Assembly: GCA_963850905.1 (NCBI GenBank)
Contig: CAWKMU010000003.1
Location: forward strand, 2,400,001 to 2,464,000
Direction of reading: 5' to 3'
DNA: 64,000 bases
From: an uncultured Gemmatimonadales bacterium
Lineage (GTDB): Bacteria > Gemmatimonadota > Gemmatimonadetes > Gemmatimonadales > Gemmatimonadaceae
Notes under the pieces: generated by a model
What the model was told of the DNA's origin: nothing
Databases searched by the model: none
The model's input: the letters and a program-made list of their open reading frames with translations, nothing else
Program-made: the position numbers and the translations under genes
Part shown: positions 12,356-27,006 of the stretch, piece after piece
Layout: each line of letters starts with the position of its first letter
Position numbering within the stretch: the stretch's first letter is position 1

Positions 12356-12401
12356 AATAACTTCATGTCGGACTTGATGTTCTGACTCTCGGAGCATTCG
12401 C

Positions 12402-13745
12402 GTGAACATTTCAGTCATTGGGACGGGTTACGTTGGCCTGGTCGTAGGCGCTTGCCTTGCCGAAACCGGGAACTACGTCGTGTGCGCGGACGTCGACCGC
12501 AAGAAGATCGAGGGTCTGCGGCACAACCAGCTGCCCATATACGAACCAGGCCTGTTGCAGCTGGTGGAGCGCAACCAGCAGCACTCGAGGCTCACGTTCA
12601 CCGACGACGTCGCGGCAGCGCTCAGCTCCGCCGGTGTGGTTTTCATCGCGGTCGGCACACCGCCCGACGAGGACGGATCGGCGGACCTCCGGCACGTCCT
12701 GTCGGTCGCCGATCAGATCGGGCGGCACATGGCGCGCGAGCTGGTGATCGTTACCAAGTCGACCGTGCCCGTAGGGACGGCCGCCAAGGTGGCCGCGGCT
12801 GTGGCCCGACACGCCAGGCACCCGTTCCATCTGTGCAGCAACCCGGAGTTCTTGAAGGAAGGTGCGGCGGTCGACGACTTCCTCAAGCCAGATCGCGTGG
12901 TCCTGGGCGTCGAGACGGATCACGCCCGGAGCGTCATGGCGGAGCTCTATGCGCCGTTCGTGCGAACGGGGAAGCCCATCATTTTCATGGATATCCCGTC
13001 GGCCGAGATGACGAAATACGCGGCCAACGCCATGCTGGCGACCCGCATCTCATTCATGAACGAGATCGCGGCGTTGTGTGAGAAGGTGGGCGCCAATGTC
13101 GACCACGTGCGCAAGGGCATCGGCAGCGACCCGCGGATCGGTGCCTCGTTCCTCTTTCCAGGGGCGGGCTACGGCGGGTCGTGCTTCCCCAAGGACGTCA
13201 AGGCGCTCGTGCGCACAGCGGCGGAGTGCGACACCCCGCTCGATGTGCTACAGGCGGTCGAAGACGTCAACGATCGACAGAAGCGGCGGCTTTTCCAGAA
13301 GTTGTCTGCTGCGCTCGAGGGCAAACTGCGCGGCGTGCAGATCGCGGTGTGGGGCCTCGCGTTCAAGCCTCAAACCGACGACATGCGCGAAGCGCCGGCC
13401 CTCACCCTCATCGAGGAGCTGCTGGATGCGGGCGCCCGCGTCTGCGCCCACGATCCGGTGGCGGTCCACGAGGCGCAGCGCCGCTTGGGAGACCGCGTGC
13501 GGTTCGTGGAATCCTACTACGACGCCGTCGAGGGCGCCGACGCCCTCGCCATCGTTACCGATTGGAACGAGTATCGGCACCCGGACTTCGCGCGCATCAA
13601 GCAGGCGCTGCGCCGGCCCGTGCTCGTCGACGGTCGTAATCTGTACGACCCGATCAAGATGGCGGAGATGGGCTTTGTGTACGACTCGATAGGTCGGCCG
13701 GTGGCTCGACAGGTGGCTCGACCCGCTGCGACGCTCGTCGCCTGA
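12402..13745 (+). CDS. ugd: UDP-glucose 6-dehydrogenase
   Basis: [42 protein letters not shown]. Confidence 0.93.
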   Translation: MNISVIGTGYVGLVVGACLAETGNYVVCADVDRKKIEGLRHNQLPIYEPGLLQLVERNQQHSRLTFTDDVAAALSSAGVVFIAVGTPPDEDGSADLRHVLSVADQIGRHMARELVIVTKSTVPVGTAAKVAAAVARHARHPFHLCSNPEFLKEGAAVDDFLKPDRVVLGVETDHARSVMAELYAPFVRTGKPIIFMDIPSAEMTKYAANAMLATRISFMNEIAALCEKVGANVDHVRKGIGSDPRIGASFLFPGAGYGGSCFPKDVKALVRTAAECDTPLDVLQAVEDVNDRQKRRLFQKLSAALEGKLRGVQIAVWGLAFKPQTDDMREAPALTLIEELLDAGARVCAHDPVAVHEAQRRLGDRVRFVESYYDAVEGADALAIVTDWNEYRHPDFARIKQALRRPVLVDGRNLYDPIKMAEMGFVYDSIGRPVARQVARPAATLVA

Positions 13746-13761
13746 CCCACATCGAGATCAC

Positions 13762-14769
13762 GTGCGCGTTCTGATCACGGGGGCCGCCGGGTTTCTCGGC
13801 TCGCACCTGGCGGACCGATTTCTGCGCGACGGCCATACCGTCGTGGGCCTCGACAACTTCGTCACTGGCCACCCGGAAAACGTCGCCCATCTCATGGGCT
13901 GCGATCGATTCGAGTTCCTCAAGCACAACATCTCGACGTACACGTTCGTCGCGGGTCCGCTCGACGGGGTGCTGCATTTTGCCTCGCCGGCGAGCCCGGT
14001 CGACTACCTCGAGCATCCGATCCCGACGCTCAAGGTCGGGGCGCTCGGCACCCACAACGCGCTCGGACTCGCGAAGGCAAAATCGGCGCGCTTCTTTCTC
14101 GCATCGACGTCCGAAGTGTATGGGGATCCGCTGGTGCACCCGCAGACGGAGCGCTACTGGGGCAACGTGAACCCCATCGGGCCACGCGGCGTGTACGACG
14201 AAGCCAAGCGATTCGCAGAGGCGATGACGATGGCCTACCATCGGTACCACAAGATGGACACGCGGATCGTCCGTATCTTCAACACCTACGGTCCGCGGAT
14301 GCGTCCGCGCGACGGACGTGTCGTGTCGAATTTCATCGTGCAGGCGCTGCGCGGGGAACCGTTGACGCTCTACGGCGACGGGAGCCAGACGCGCAGCTTC
14401 TGCTACGTTGACGATGAAATCGAAGGGATCTATCGCCTGTTCATGCGCGGCGATAGCGACCCCACCAATGTCGGCAACCCGGACGAGTACACGGTCCGGC
14501 AGCTTGCCGAAGTCGTCCTGGAGCTCACGGGTTCACCCTCGCGCCTGGAGTATCGACCGCTCCCGGAAGACGATCCCAAGGTGCGGCGTCCGGACATCAC
14601 GCGAGCCCGCGCGATGTTGGATTGGGAGCCGCGCGTGCGTCTCCGCGAGGGCGTCGAGCGGACGGTCGACTACTTCCGCGGATTGCTTGGCTCGGACCGG
14701 ATGCGATCACAGCTGACCGCGGACGCTCAGGACGCCGGATCCTACCGGGGTGTGAGCGGCGCGGCGTGA
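13762..14769 (+). CDS. UDP-glucuronate decarboxylase (UXS-like SDR)
   Basis: [50 protein letters not shown]. Confidence 0.9.
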   Translation: MRVLITGAAGFLGSHLADRFLRDGHTVVGLDNFVTGHPENVAHLMGCDRFEFLKHNISTYTFVAGPLDGVLHFASPASPVDYLEHPIPTLKVGALGTHNALGLAKAKSARFFLASTSEVYGDPLVHPQTERYWGNVNPIGPRGVYDEAKRFAEAMTMAYHRYHKMDTRIVRIFNTYGPRMRPRDGRVVSNFIVQALRGEPLTLYGDGSQTRSFCYVDDEIEGIYRLFMRGDSDPTNVGNPDEYTVRQLAEVVLELTGSPSRLEYRPLPEDDPKVRRPDITRARAMLDWEPRVRLREGVERTVDYFRGLLGSDRMRSQLTADAQDAGSYRGVSGAA

Positions 14770-15521
14770 CGACGAGCGTCGGGCGGGCACCGCGTGAGCT
14801 CATCGATCTCACGCCCGACGCCGTCGAGCGGGCACGCGACCGGTTCGCGGTAGGCGACTACCACGCGGCGGTGCTCCTGCTGGAAGATGCGATCGGCGCC
14901 GGATGTCTCTTTGCGGACGCCTTCAATCTCCTGGGGCTGTCGCTGGCGCTCGTGGATCGTCCCGTCGAGGCGCTCGCCGCTTTTGACCGCGCCCTCGCCC
15001 AGAACCCGCGGTATATCGAGGCCCACCTCAACCGGGCCGTGCTCCTGAACGGACTCGGACGCACGGCGGAGGCCGAGGCGTCGTTCGCCCTGGCGGAGGA
15101 GTTCGGCCGACCCGACGCAACCGGGTACCCGGCGACCATCGGCAACCGCCTGGCGAACGCCCATGCCCACCTGGCAGCCGAATATCGGAGCGCCGGCGCG
15201 CTGGACGAGTCGATCGCGCAATATCGACGCGCGCTCGAGCTGCGGCCGACGTACATTGACGTTCGCGTGGCGTTGGCCCGCGTGCTGCTCGATGCACAAC
15301 GCTTTAGCGTCGCCGCTGACGAGCTCGATCAAGTCCTCGCGGCCCAGCCAGATCAGATCGAGGCCCTCCTGCTCCGCGGCTTGGCCGCCTATTATGCGGG
15401 GGCATTGAATACGGCAACGGCCAGTTGGGACCGGGCAGCGGTCGTAGACCCTGCCGATCGGCGTGTTGCCGTCTATCGTTCTATGCTGGCCCGGAAGCAG
15501 GGTGGACCGTTGGACGGGTGA
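14766..15521 (+). CDS. Tetratricopeptide repeat protein
   Basis: Repeated TPR helices ([42 protein letters not shown]); GTG overlaps the upstream TGA. Confidence 0.8.
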   Translation: MTTSVGRAPRELIDLTPDAVERARDRFAVGDYHAAVLLLEDAIGAGCLFADAFNLLGLSLALVDRPVEALAAFDRALAQNPRYIEAHLNRAVLLNGLGRTAEAEASFALAEEFGRPDATGYPATIGNRLANAHAHLAAEYRSAGALDESIAQYRRALELRPTYIDVRVALARVLLDAQRFSVAADELDQVLAAQPDQIEALLLRGLAAYYAGALNTATASWDRAAVVDPADRRVAVYRSMLARKQGGPLDG

Positions 15522-15578
15522 ACCCCGCCTGCGTGTACCGGGTACGAAGAGTCTAGCGACCTGTCACTGAGTTAACTG

Positions 15579-16385
15579 ATGCACCTGTTGTTGTCCGCTC
15601 GATCACGTTCATCGCGCGTCGTCCGCGCATGTGCCGCCGCCTCCGTCTTCGCCGCGGCGATGCTGGCATCCTGCCATCAGCCACTCGACATCAAGAAGTA
15701 CCAGGGCACTCCAGAGAAGCTGTACGTCGCGTCGTTGACCGCGTTCAAGAAACACCACTGGGACGACGCGGTCGCAGGCTTCGAGAAGCTGACATTGGAC
15801 CTGCCGGCGCACGACACCTTGCTCGCGCAGTCCTACTATTACCTGGGCCAGGCACATGAGAAAAAGGCAGAGCCGCTCCTCGCGGCCCAGGCCTTTTCTC
15901 GGCTCGCGGACGCCTTCCCGGACGACTCGCTTGCGCCACCGGCGCTCTTCGCGGCCGGGCGCGCCTACGAGAAGCTGTGGCATCGGCCGGATCTCGACGC
16001 CACCTATGGGCAGTCAGCGCTGTCCGAGTACCAGACGCTCCTGGCGCTGTATCCGGGCTCGCCGCTCAAGGACCAGGCCGACGCCCAAGTCGCCCATTTG
16101 CAGGAGTGGTTCGCCGAGAAGGACTTCGACAACGGGTTGCACTACTTCCATCGCAAGGCGTACGACTCGGCCATCATCTATTTCAAGGACGTCGTCAAGA
16201 ACTTTCCCAACGTGCCGATTACCCGGGAAGCGTACGTGCGGCTCGTGGACTCCTATCGGGCCATTCGGTACAAGGAGGACGCGGCCGACGTCTGCAATAC
16301 GCTGCGCATTACGTATCCCCAGGATCTGCAAGTGCGGGAGCGATGCGGCGCGGCGCCGACCAGCACCGCCGCGCAGCATCCGTAA
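15579..16385 (+). CDS. bamD: Outer membrane protein assembly factor BamD
   Basis: Lipobox LASC, TPR fold, LAEKD-like segment FAEKDFDNGLHYFHRKAYDSAIIYF. Confidence 0.85.
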   Translation: MHLLLSARSRSSRVVRACAAASVFAAAMLASCHQPLDIKKYQGTPEKLYVASLTAFKKHHWDDAVAGFEKLTLDLPAHDTLLAQSYYYLGQAHEKKAEPLLAAQAFSRLADAFPDDSLAPPALFAAGRAYEKLWHRPDLDATYGQSALSEYQTLLALYPGSPLKDQADAQVAHLQEWFAEKDFDNGLHYFHRKAYDSAIIYFKDVVKNFPNVPITREAYVRLVDSYRAIRYKEDAADVCNTLRITYPQDLQVRERCGAAPTSTAAQHP

Positions 16386-16409
16386 GGCACGGCCAGGGCC
16401 CCAGGCCCC

Positions 16410-17031
16410 GTGCGCGTCGGCATCCTCGGGGGCACCTTCGACCCACCGCACGTCGGGCACCTGATCGCAGCGGCTGACGCGGTTGACGCGCTGGGTCTCG
16501 AGCAGGTCGTGTTCGTCCCGGCCCACCGCCAGCCGCTCAAGGGCGCCAACGTGCACGCGACGCCGGCCCAGCGGCTGGCGATGACGCAGCTGGCGGTCGG
16601 CGGTGACGCTCGGCTGGCGGTCACATCGATCGAAATCGACCGAGGCGGGTTATCTTTCACGGTGGACACGCTGTCGGAATGGGCTCGCCGGTCGCCACAC
16701 GATGAGCGGTTTCTGCTGATGGGGGCCGACGTCGTTCGTTCATTTGCCCGATGGCGGGAGCCGCTCGAGGTGATGCGCCTGGCCGAGCTCGTCGTCTGGC
16801 AACGGGGAGAGGTGCTCGAGGGCGGCGTGACCGCATGGCTACCGCGCGACCCGACGGGGCGGCCGCCGGCCCATCGCGTGCTCGAAGCCCGGCAGATCGA
16901 CGTATCTTCGACCGAAGTCCGCTCGCGGGTGCGAGCTGGCCAGTCGATTCACGGGTTCGTGCCAGATGCCGTGGGTGCCTACATCCTCGCGATGGGGCTG
17001 TATCGCGCGGCGGACGATCGAGAGGAAGAGG

Positions 17032-17054
<23 letters not shown>
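16410..17054 (+). CDS. nadD: Nicotinate-nucleotide adenylyltransferase
   Basis: [33 protein letters not shown]. Confidence 0.95.
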
Positions 17055-20382
<3,328 letters not shown>

Positions 20383-20420
20383 AAAGGAGAAGGGAAAAAG
20401 GAGAGAGGAGAAAAGAGCAG
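20383..20420 (+). repeat. Purine-rich 7-bp tandem array right after the secA stop
   Basis: ggagaag-ggaaaaa-ggagaga-ggagaaa-agagcag. Confidence 0.6.
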
Positions 20421-20504
20421 GGCCGGCCTAACGACGCGGCATTGGTCACGGGTCGGGGAACGGCACGGGCGACTGCTGCCCGCACGGAATCCGCTGATGG
20501 GCGG

Positions 20505-20590
20505 GTAGGGGCGACGCAATGCGTCGCCCTCCCACGCCGCCCGCATGATGGCGCCTCCACGCCGGTAGGGGCGACGCATTGCGTCGCCCG
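20505..20590 (+). repeat. Two direct copies of a GTAG-type REP palindrome, 60 bp apart
   Basis: gtaggggcgacgcaatgcgtcgccct (20505) and gtaggggcgacgcattgcgtcgcccg (20565). Confidence 0.8.
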
Positions 20591-20671
20591 TGGTAGACCG
20601 GCAGCGCCATGATGGGAACCGCGTTCCCCCGATGGCGCGAGCACGCGGGGCGGACCTTATACAGGGCGGCC

Positions 20672-21469
20672 GTGCCGGCCAAGCGTCGCCAGTCGAGGCC
20701 TGTTCCGAAAAATGGGGCTAACTCGCGGAACACTGACGAGTTCGCTCTGGGAGCCCTCACCATCCGCGAGCTCCCGGCCTCGGACCGACCCCGAGAGCGG
20801 CTGCGGCGGCTGGGGGCCGGCCAGCTCGCAACGGCCGAGCTCGTAGCGATCCTGGTCGGGAGCGGCGCACCAGGGTACTCAGCGCTCGCCTTGGGGTACG
20901 AGATAATGCGCCGCTGTGGGGGGTCGCTGCGCGCGCTCGGCGGGCGACCGGTGGCCGAATTGACGGCCATTCCGGGTGTGGGTCCGGCGCGAGCCACGGT
21001 TGTTCACGCGGCGCTCGAGCTGGCACGACGCTGGTCGGTCGAAGCCGCAGGACCCAGGCCCGCAGTACGAGGACCGTCGGACGTGGCCGCCATTATGGCC
21101 CCGCGATTGACGGACCTAGCGGTAGAGGAACTCCATGTGCTAATACTCGATTCTCAGCACAGGATGGCTCGGGACGTCACCGTGACACGGGGACTCTTGA
21201 ATTCGTCGCCCGTACACGCACGCGAAGTATTCCGGGAGGCCATTGCAGAATGCGCCGCCGCGGTCGTGCTGGTCCACAACCATCCCAGCGGTGATCCCGC
21301 GCCGTCGGCCGACGACCTGCGTGTCACGGCGGACCTCGTCGCCGGTGGCCGCGTGGTCGATATCCCCGTGCTCGATCATGTCATCGTCGCGCGCGGGGGA
21401 TATGTGAGCCTGGCCGAACAGCGAATGCTCGACGTCCCACCTCCCGGTCGCACGACGGAACGATCATGA
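20672..21469 (+). CDS. radC: RadC / JAB-domain protein (start uncertain)
   Basis: IRELPASDRPRERL, IPGVGPARA, HNHPSGDPAPSADD, VLDHVI. Confidence 0.92.
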   Translation: MPAKRRQSRPVPKNGANSRNTDEFALGALTIRELPASDRPRERLRRLGAGQLATAELVAILVGSGAPGYSALALGYEIMRRCGGSLRALGGRPVAELTAIPGVGPARATVVHAALELARRWSVEAAGPRPAVRGPSDVAAIMAPRLTDLAVEELHVLILDSQHRMARDVTVTRGLLNSSPVHAREVFREAIAECAAAVVLVHNHPSGDPAPSADDLRVTADLVAGGRVVDIPVLDHVIVARGGYVSLAEQRMLDVPPPGRTTERS

Positions 21470-23638
21470 CGGCAGTCGCGCTGCGAGAAATCATCCCCAA
21501 CTGGCATATCGTCGACGAGCGCCGGGCCGAGCGACTCGACGAGGACCTGCTCGCGCGCGCATATCGATTCAGCGAGCGCGCGCACCTCGGGCAGAAGCGC
21601 CTGTCGGGTGAGGATTACGTCTCGCACTGCGTCGAGGTCGCCAAGATTCTCGCCGATCTGCAGCTCGACTCGGTCACCGTCGCGAGCGGACTGATCCACG
21701 ACGTCGTGGAGGATACTGCGGTGACGGTCGAGGATGTCGAGCGCGAGTTTGGGCGCGAGATCGCCGACATCGTCGACGGACTCACCAAGATCGGCACGCT
21801 GCCCGCGCACTCCACCCAGGAACGTCAGGTCGAGAACTACCGCAAGCTGCTGCTGTCGATCGCGAAGGACGCGCGCGTGATCCTGATCAAGCTTGCCGAC
21901 CGGCTGCACAACATGCGGACCCTCGAGTACCTGAGCTCCGATAGGCAGCGGCGGATCGCTCAGGAAACGCGCGATCTGTATGCCCCGCTTGCGCACCGCT
22001 TCGGTATGGCGAAGATGCGGTGGGAGCTGGAGGATCTGGCGTTCAAGCATCTCGAGCCGGACGAGTACCGGGCGCTGGCGAAGCTCGTGGCGCAGAAGCG
22101 TGCCGAGCGGGAATCGTTCATCGCGCAGCTCGCCGAGCCGCTGGCCGGTGAGCTGCGCGTGGCCGGGATTCGCGACGCGAATGTCACCGGGCGTCCCAAG
22201 CACCTGTGGTCGATCCACAAGAAGATGATGAAGCGCGGCAAGCCGTACGAGGAGATCTACGATCTGCTCGCCATTCGCGTGCTGGTCAAGACGGTCTCGG
22301 ATTGCTACCACGCGCTGGGCGTGATCCACGACGGCTGGACGCCGCTGCAGGAGCGCATCAAGGACTACATCGCGCAGCCGAAGTCCAACGGCTACCAATC
22401 GCTGCACACGACCGTCTTCGGTCCGGGCAGGCAGCTCTTCGAGATTCAGATCCGGACGCGCGACATGCATCGCACCGCCGAGTTCGGGATCGCCGCCCAC
22501 TGGCTGTACAAGGACGGCACGAAGAGCGCGGACGAGCTCGAGCGTCACCTCTCGTGGTTCCGGCAGGTGCTCGAGCTACAGCTCGACGCCAAGACGCCGG
22601 ACGAGTTTCTGGAATTCCTGAAGCTCGACCTCTATCAGGACGAGATTTTCGTGTTCACGCCGACAGGCGATGTGATTCGGCTCCCGAAGGGCGCGACGCC
22701 GATCGACTTCGCATTCGCCGTGCACACGGAGATCGGGCTCCACTGCCAGGGCGCCAAGATCTCCGGCAAGATCGCGCCGTTGTCCCGGGCGCTGAAAAAC
22801 TCCGAGACCGTCGAGATCCTGACTGCGCCCACGGCGCGGCCGAGTCGTGACTGGCTCGCCCATGTGCGGACGGGACGCGCACGCCACAAGATCCGGCAGT
22901 GGCTCAAGCACGAAGAGCACGCGACGTCGACCAAGCTGGGTCGGGACATTCTCGATCGCGAGATCAAGCGTCGCCGCCTGCCGAAGCCCGAGGACGCCGA
23001 CCTGCTCGCGTGCCGCGCACGTGCTCAATCTCACGGACGTGACACATCTCCTCGCATCGCTCGGGCAGGGCGATGTGCACGCGCTCCAGCTGCTCAAGAT
23101 CCTGCACCCCGACCTGGACCACACCGACGCCGCGCGCCCCACCGCGGTCGAGCGACTCGTCGATCGGCTCCGACGCTCATCCAAGGGTGTGCGCATTCAG
23201 GGCGCCGACGGCCTGATGGTGCGGTACGCGCAGTGCTGTCAGCCCGTGCCCGGTGATCCCGTCGTCGGATACGTCACCCGCGGCCGCGGCGTGAGCATCC
23301 ATCGCGGCGACTGTCCCAACCTCCTCGTGCTGGCGCACGAGCCCGAGCGCCGCCTCGAGATCGACTGGCAGGAGATGGAGGGGGAGCGATTCACGGTGCG
23401 ACTTACCCTCTCCGCCAACGATCGCCGCGGCCTGTACGCCGACATTGCTGCGGCCGTGAGCGCCACGGGGACCGACATCAAGAGCATGGAGCTGCGCACG
23501 GTCGACGGCCGTGTCACCGGCTCTGCGCTCGTCGAGGTCGAGAACCTGGCCCACCTGGAGCGGATCATCAAGGCGGCGCGGAAGGTGAAGGGCGTGGCCG
23601 AGGTGGCGCGGCGGGAGCATATCGGGGAAGAGGCGTGA
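21466..23638 (+). CDS. relA: Long RSH bifunctional (p)ppGpp synthetase/hydrolase (frameshift near 23010)
   Basis: HD motif IHDVVEDT, GRPKH, KSNGYQSLHT, EIQIRT, TGS (TPIDFAFAVHT), CC-QPVPGD and ACT domain. Confidence 0.95.
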
Positions 23639-23759
23639 ACGACAGGGATCGGGGGGTCAGGGGTCAGGGGTCAGGGACCAAACTTTAAGGCCAGCCACAG
23701 AGCACCGTGACTGGCCTCGCGATTTGCTCCCTGACCCGTAACCCCTGACCCGCGATCCC
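23639..23759 (-). repeat. Palindromic intergenic element, GGGGTCA-arm type
   Basis: (ggtcagg)x3 ... ggccagccacagagcaccgtgactggcc ... cctgacc-cgtaacc-cctgacc; the core is the reverse complement of those at 29740 and 43797. Confidence 0.85.
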
Positions 23760-23766
23760 AGCCCTT

Positions 23767-23772
23767 TATCTT
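23767..23772 (+). promoter_or_regulatory. Putative -10 hexamer of a leaderless uvrB transcript
   Basis: TATCTT 6 nt before the ATG at 23779 with no Shine-Dalgarno; same layout before hutH. Confidence 0.5.
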
Positions 23773-23778
23773 TCCCCC

Positions 23779-25851
23779 ATGCCCGCTGCCCGCTTCGATC
23801 TGCGAGCTCCCTTCACTCCGGCAGGTGATCAGCCGCGGGCGATTGCGGAACTGAACAAGGGGCTCGAACACGGCGATCGGTTCCAGACGCTGCTCGGGGT
23901 CACCGGGTCGGGCAAGACGATGACCGTCGCCAACGTGATCCAGGCATACGGCCGCCCGACGCTCGTGCTCTCGCACAACAAGACGCTGGCGGCGCAGCTC
24001 TACGGGGAGCTCAAAGGCTTCTTCCCGCACAACGCGGTCGAGTACTTCATCTCGTACTACGACTACTACCAGCCGGAAGCGTACGTCCCCACAACGGACA
24101 CGTACATCGAGAAGGACGCCTCCATCAACGAAGACATCGATCGTCTCCGGTTGCGAGCGACCTCGAGTCTCATGGAGCGCGACGACGTCGTCATCGTCTC
24201 GACGGTGTCGGCGATCTATGGCCTCGGCGACCCCGAGACATACCGGGAGACGATGCTCACGCTCTCCGAGGGCAGCGGATCGCTCGAGACGATGTACTCC
24301 GAGCGCTCGTTCGCATTCAATACTCACGCAACGACGTGGCATTCGACCGCGGCACCTTCCGCGTGCGCGGCGACACCGTCGAGATCTTCCCGGCGTACGA
24401 AGAGCAGGGCGTCCGAGTCGAGATGTGGGGCGACGAGATCGAGCGCATCTCGAAGATCAATGTGGTGACCGGAGAGACGATTGCTTCGCTCGAGCGCACG
24501 GCCATCTATCCGGCGAAGCACTTCATCACGTCGCGGCCAACCATCGAGCGGGCGGTCGGCACTCATCCGGGCCGGAGCTCTCGGGTCGCCTGGACGAACT
24601 TCGACGGGAGAACAAGCTGCTCGAGGCCCAGCGCCTGGAGTCGCGGACGAACTTCGACATCGAGATGATGCTCGAGATCGGCACGTGTGCCGGCATCGAG
24701 AACTATTCGCGCCACCTGAGCGGGCGCGGCGTGGGTGAGCGGCCGGCGTGCCTCTTCGACTACTTCCCCGAGGACTTCCTCGTCGTCATCGACGAGTCGC
24801 ACGTCACACTGCCACAGGTTCGCGGTATGTACAACGGCGACCGCGCGCGCAAGCTGACGCTCGTCGAGTACGGCTTTCGACTGCCCAGCGCCCTCGATAA
24901 CCGGCCGCTCATCTTCGATGAGTTTCTGGCGCTCACGCCCCGCGCGATCAACGTCTCTGCGACGCCCGGCGAGCTGGAGCTCGAGCTGTCGCAGGGCGTC
25001 GTCGTCGAACAGATCATTCGGCCCACGGGACTCGATCGATCCGGAGATCGAGGTACGGCCGGTCCGCGGCCAGGTGGATGACCTGCTGAACGAGATCCGG
25101 ATCCGCGAGCGCCTCGGCGAGCGTGTGCTCGTCACGACGCTGACCAAGCGCATGGCGGAGGATCTCACGGACTATCTGCAACAGGTCGGCGTCCGCGTGC
25201 GCTACATGCATTCGGACATCGACGCGATCGAGCGCATGGAGATCGTTCGCGGGCTTCGGCTCGGTGAGTTCGACGTACTCGTGGGCATCAATCTCCTGCG
25301 CGAAGGCCTCGATCTCCCCGAGGTGTCGCTGGTGGCCATCCTCGACGCCGACCAGGAAGGCTTCCTGCGGAGTGACCGGTCACTCATTCAGACCGTGGGC
25401 CGCGCGGCTCGACACGTGTCCGGACGCGCCGATGTTCTATGCGGATCGTGTCACGGGCTCGATGCAGCGAGCGATGGAGGAGACCGCGCGCCGGCGCACG
25501 CTGCAGAGCGCGTACAACACGGAGCATGGCATCACGGCCCGGAGCGTCGTGAAGAGCGTCGATCAGGTCCGGTTCATCACGCGAGTGGCCGACGCGCGGG
25601 TCGCCCGTGAGGAGCGCGCGGCGCGTCGTGCAGGCGATGGCGCGCCAACCGTCGATCGCGCCGCGCTGATCGCTCGCCTGGAGCGAGAGATGCAAGAGGC
25701 GGCCACGGCGCTCGATTTCGAGACGGCCGCGCGGATCCGCGACGAACTGTTCGATATTCGCGCGCAAAGTGGACGGCAGTCGGCAGGAGCCGCGGCGTCC
25801 ACCGGCACTACGGGGCGACGCCGCGGGATGACGATCGCCGCCGACAACTGA
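23779..25851 (+). CDS. uvrB: Excinuclease ABC subunit B (several frameshifts)
   Basis: [53 protein letters not shown]-terminal UVR coil. Confidence 0.97.
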
Positions 25852-25861
25852 CGTAAGCACG

Positions 25862-26329
25862 GTGACCGATTCCGCTCATGTGGGGCCTCACGTCGTGCCC
25901 CAACAGGCGGTTCGCGGTCGCCTCGCACTCACGTTGGGCGAGCTGGTCGCATGGGGTGAAGCCCTCGGCCGTGCGGCCCGGCCGCCGCTCGTGATCGGCC
26001 TGTCAGGCCCGCTCGGGGCGGGGAAGACAGTCCTGGTGCAAGCGTTTTGCCGTGGCTACGGCGTCATCGACGCAGTGACCAGCCCGACCTTCGCGCTGGT
26101 GCACGAGTACGCCGCGCCACGCTCGGCGGTCTATCACATCGATCTGTACCGCATTGCCGGACCCGAGGAGCTCACCGCACTCGCATGGGACGAGATCGTG
26201 AGCGCGCAAGCCGTGGTGCTCGTCGAGTGGCCCGAACGGGCCGGGGCACGCATGCCGTCAGGCCACCTGCCGATTGATCTGGAGTACGTACCCGGCGACA
26301 GCGACCGCCGGTATCTCCTCGCGGGGTAG
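25862..26329 (+). CDS. tsaE: tRNA threonylcarbamoyladenosine ATPase
   Basis: LSGPLGAGKT, VTSPTFALVHEY, HIDLYR, VEWPE. Confidence 0.93.
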   Translation: MTDSAHVGPHVVPQQAVRGRLALTLGELVAWGEALGRAARPPLVIGLSGPLGAGKTVLVQAFCRGYGVIDAVTSPTFALVHEYAAPRSAVYHIDLYRIAGPEELTALAWDEIVSAQAVVLVEWPERAGARMPSGHLPIDLEYVPGDSDRRYLLAG

Positions 26330-26331
26330 GG

Positions 26332-27006
26332 ATGACGGAGGTGCCGGGACCGTCGCTCGTGATCGAGGCGTCGACGTCGCGTGGAAGCGTGGCGCTCGTG
26401 GTGCTGGAGCGCGTCCTCGCAGAAGAATCGGTGGCAATGCGGGGCGAGCACGCCGAACGACTCCTTCCCGCCGTGGCCCAGGTGCTCGAGCGCGGCGGCG
26501 TGCGAGTCGCCGATTTGAGCGCGGTCGTCTGTGGCACGGGGCCAGGGAGCTTCACAAGTCTGCGGGTCGCAGCCGCTATTGCCAAAGGGCTGGTCGGCGG
26601 TGGCACGATGCGCACGGCGCGACCGTTGGCGAGCGTCCCATCGCTGGCCTTGATCGTCGCCGGCGCGAGCGACGGCCTCGAGCCTGGTCTCTATCTCGCG
26701 GCCGTGGACGCGCTGCGGGGGGAGCGGTACGCTGCGCTCATGGAGGTCGGGGAGGGCGAGATTCGACCGCACGGGATGTGGCGTCGGCTTGCTGCGACGG
26801 ATCTCGATCGGTGGGCGGAGGAGGTCGGTGCGCACGTGATCGGGCCCGGGTATACCATCGACGCGTGGCCGAAAGCGTCCGGCATCACACGGTTGTGGCC
26901 CGCTGTCGTACGAGTCGACTCGGCATCATGGGAACCCGACTACGGCCGGCTGGCGGAGGCAGAGGCGCGTCGCATGGCTGCCGCGACGCGTGGGTCCGGC
27001 GCCTGA
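26332..27006 (+). CDS. tsaB: tRNA threonylcarbamoyladenosine biosynthesis protein TsaB
   Basis: HAERLLP, GTGPGSFTSLRV, DALRGE, EPDYGR. Confidence 0.92.
   Translation: MTEVPGPSLVIEASTSRGSVALVVLERVLAEESVAMRGEHAERLLPAVAQVLERGGVRVADLSAVVCGTGPGSFTSLRVAAAIAKGLVGGGTMRTARPLASVPSLALIVAGASDGLEPGLYLAAVDALRGERYAALMEVGEGEIRPHGMWRRLAATDLDRWAEEVGAHVIGPGYTIDAWPKASGITRLWPAVVRVDSASWEPDYGRLAEAEARRMAAATRGSGA

Noticed and set aside
20505..20590. CRISPR mini-array (two ~26-bp palindromic repeats with a ~34-nt spacer)
   Set aside because: Only two units, no cas genes or leader, and the same unit occurs singly at 7470 with a REP-type GTAG head
20672..21469. radC as a marker of a mobile or anti-restriction element
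   Set aside because: It is the full-length chromosomal type with the N-terminal HhH region, translationally coupled to relA, with no mobile genes nearby
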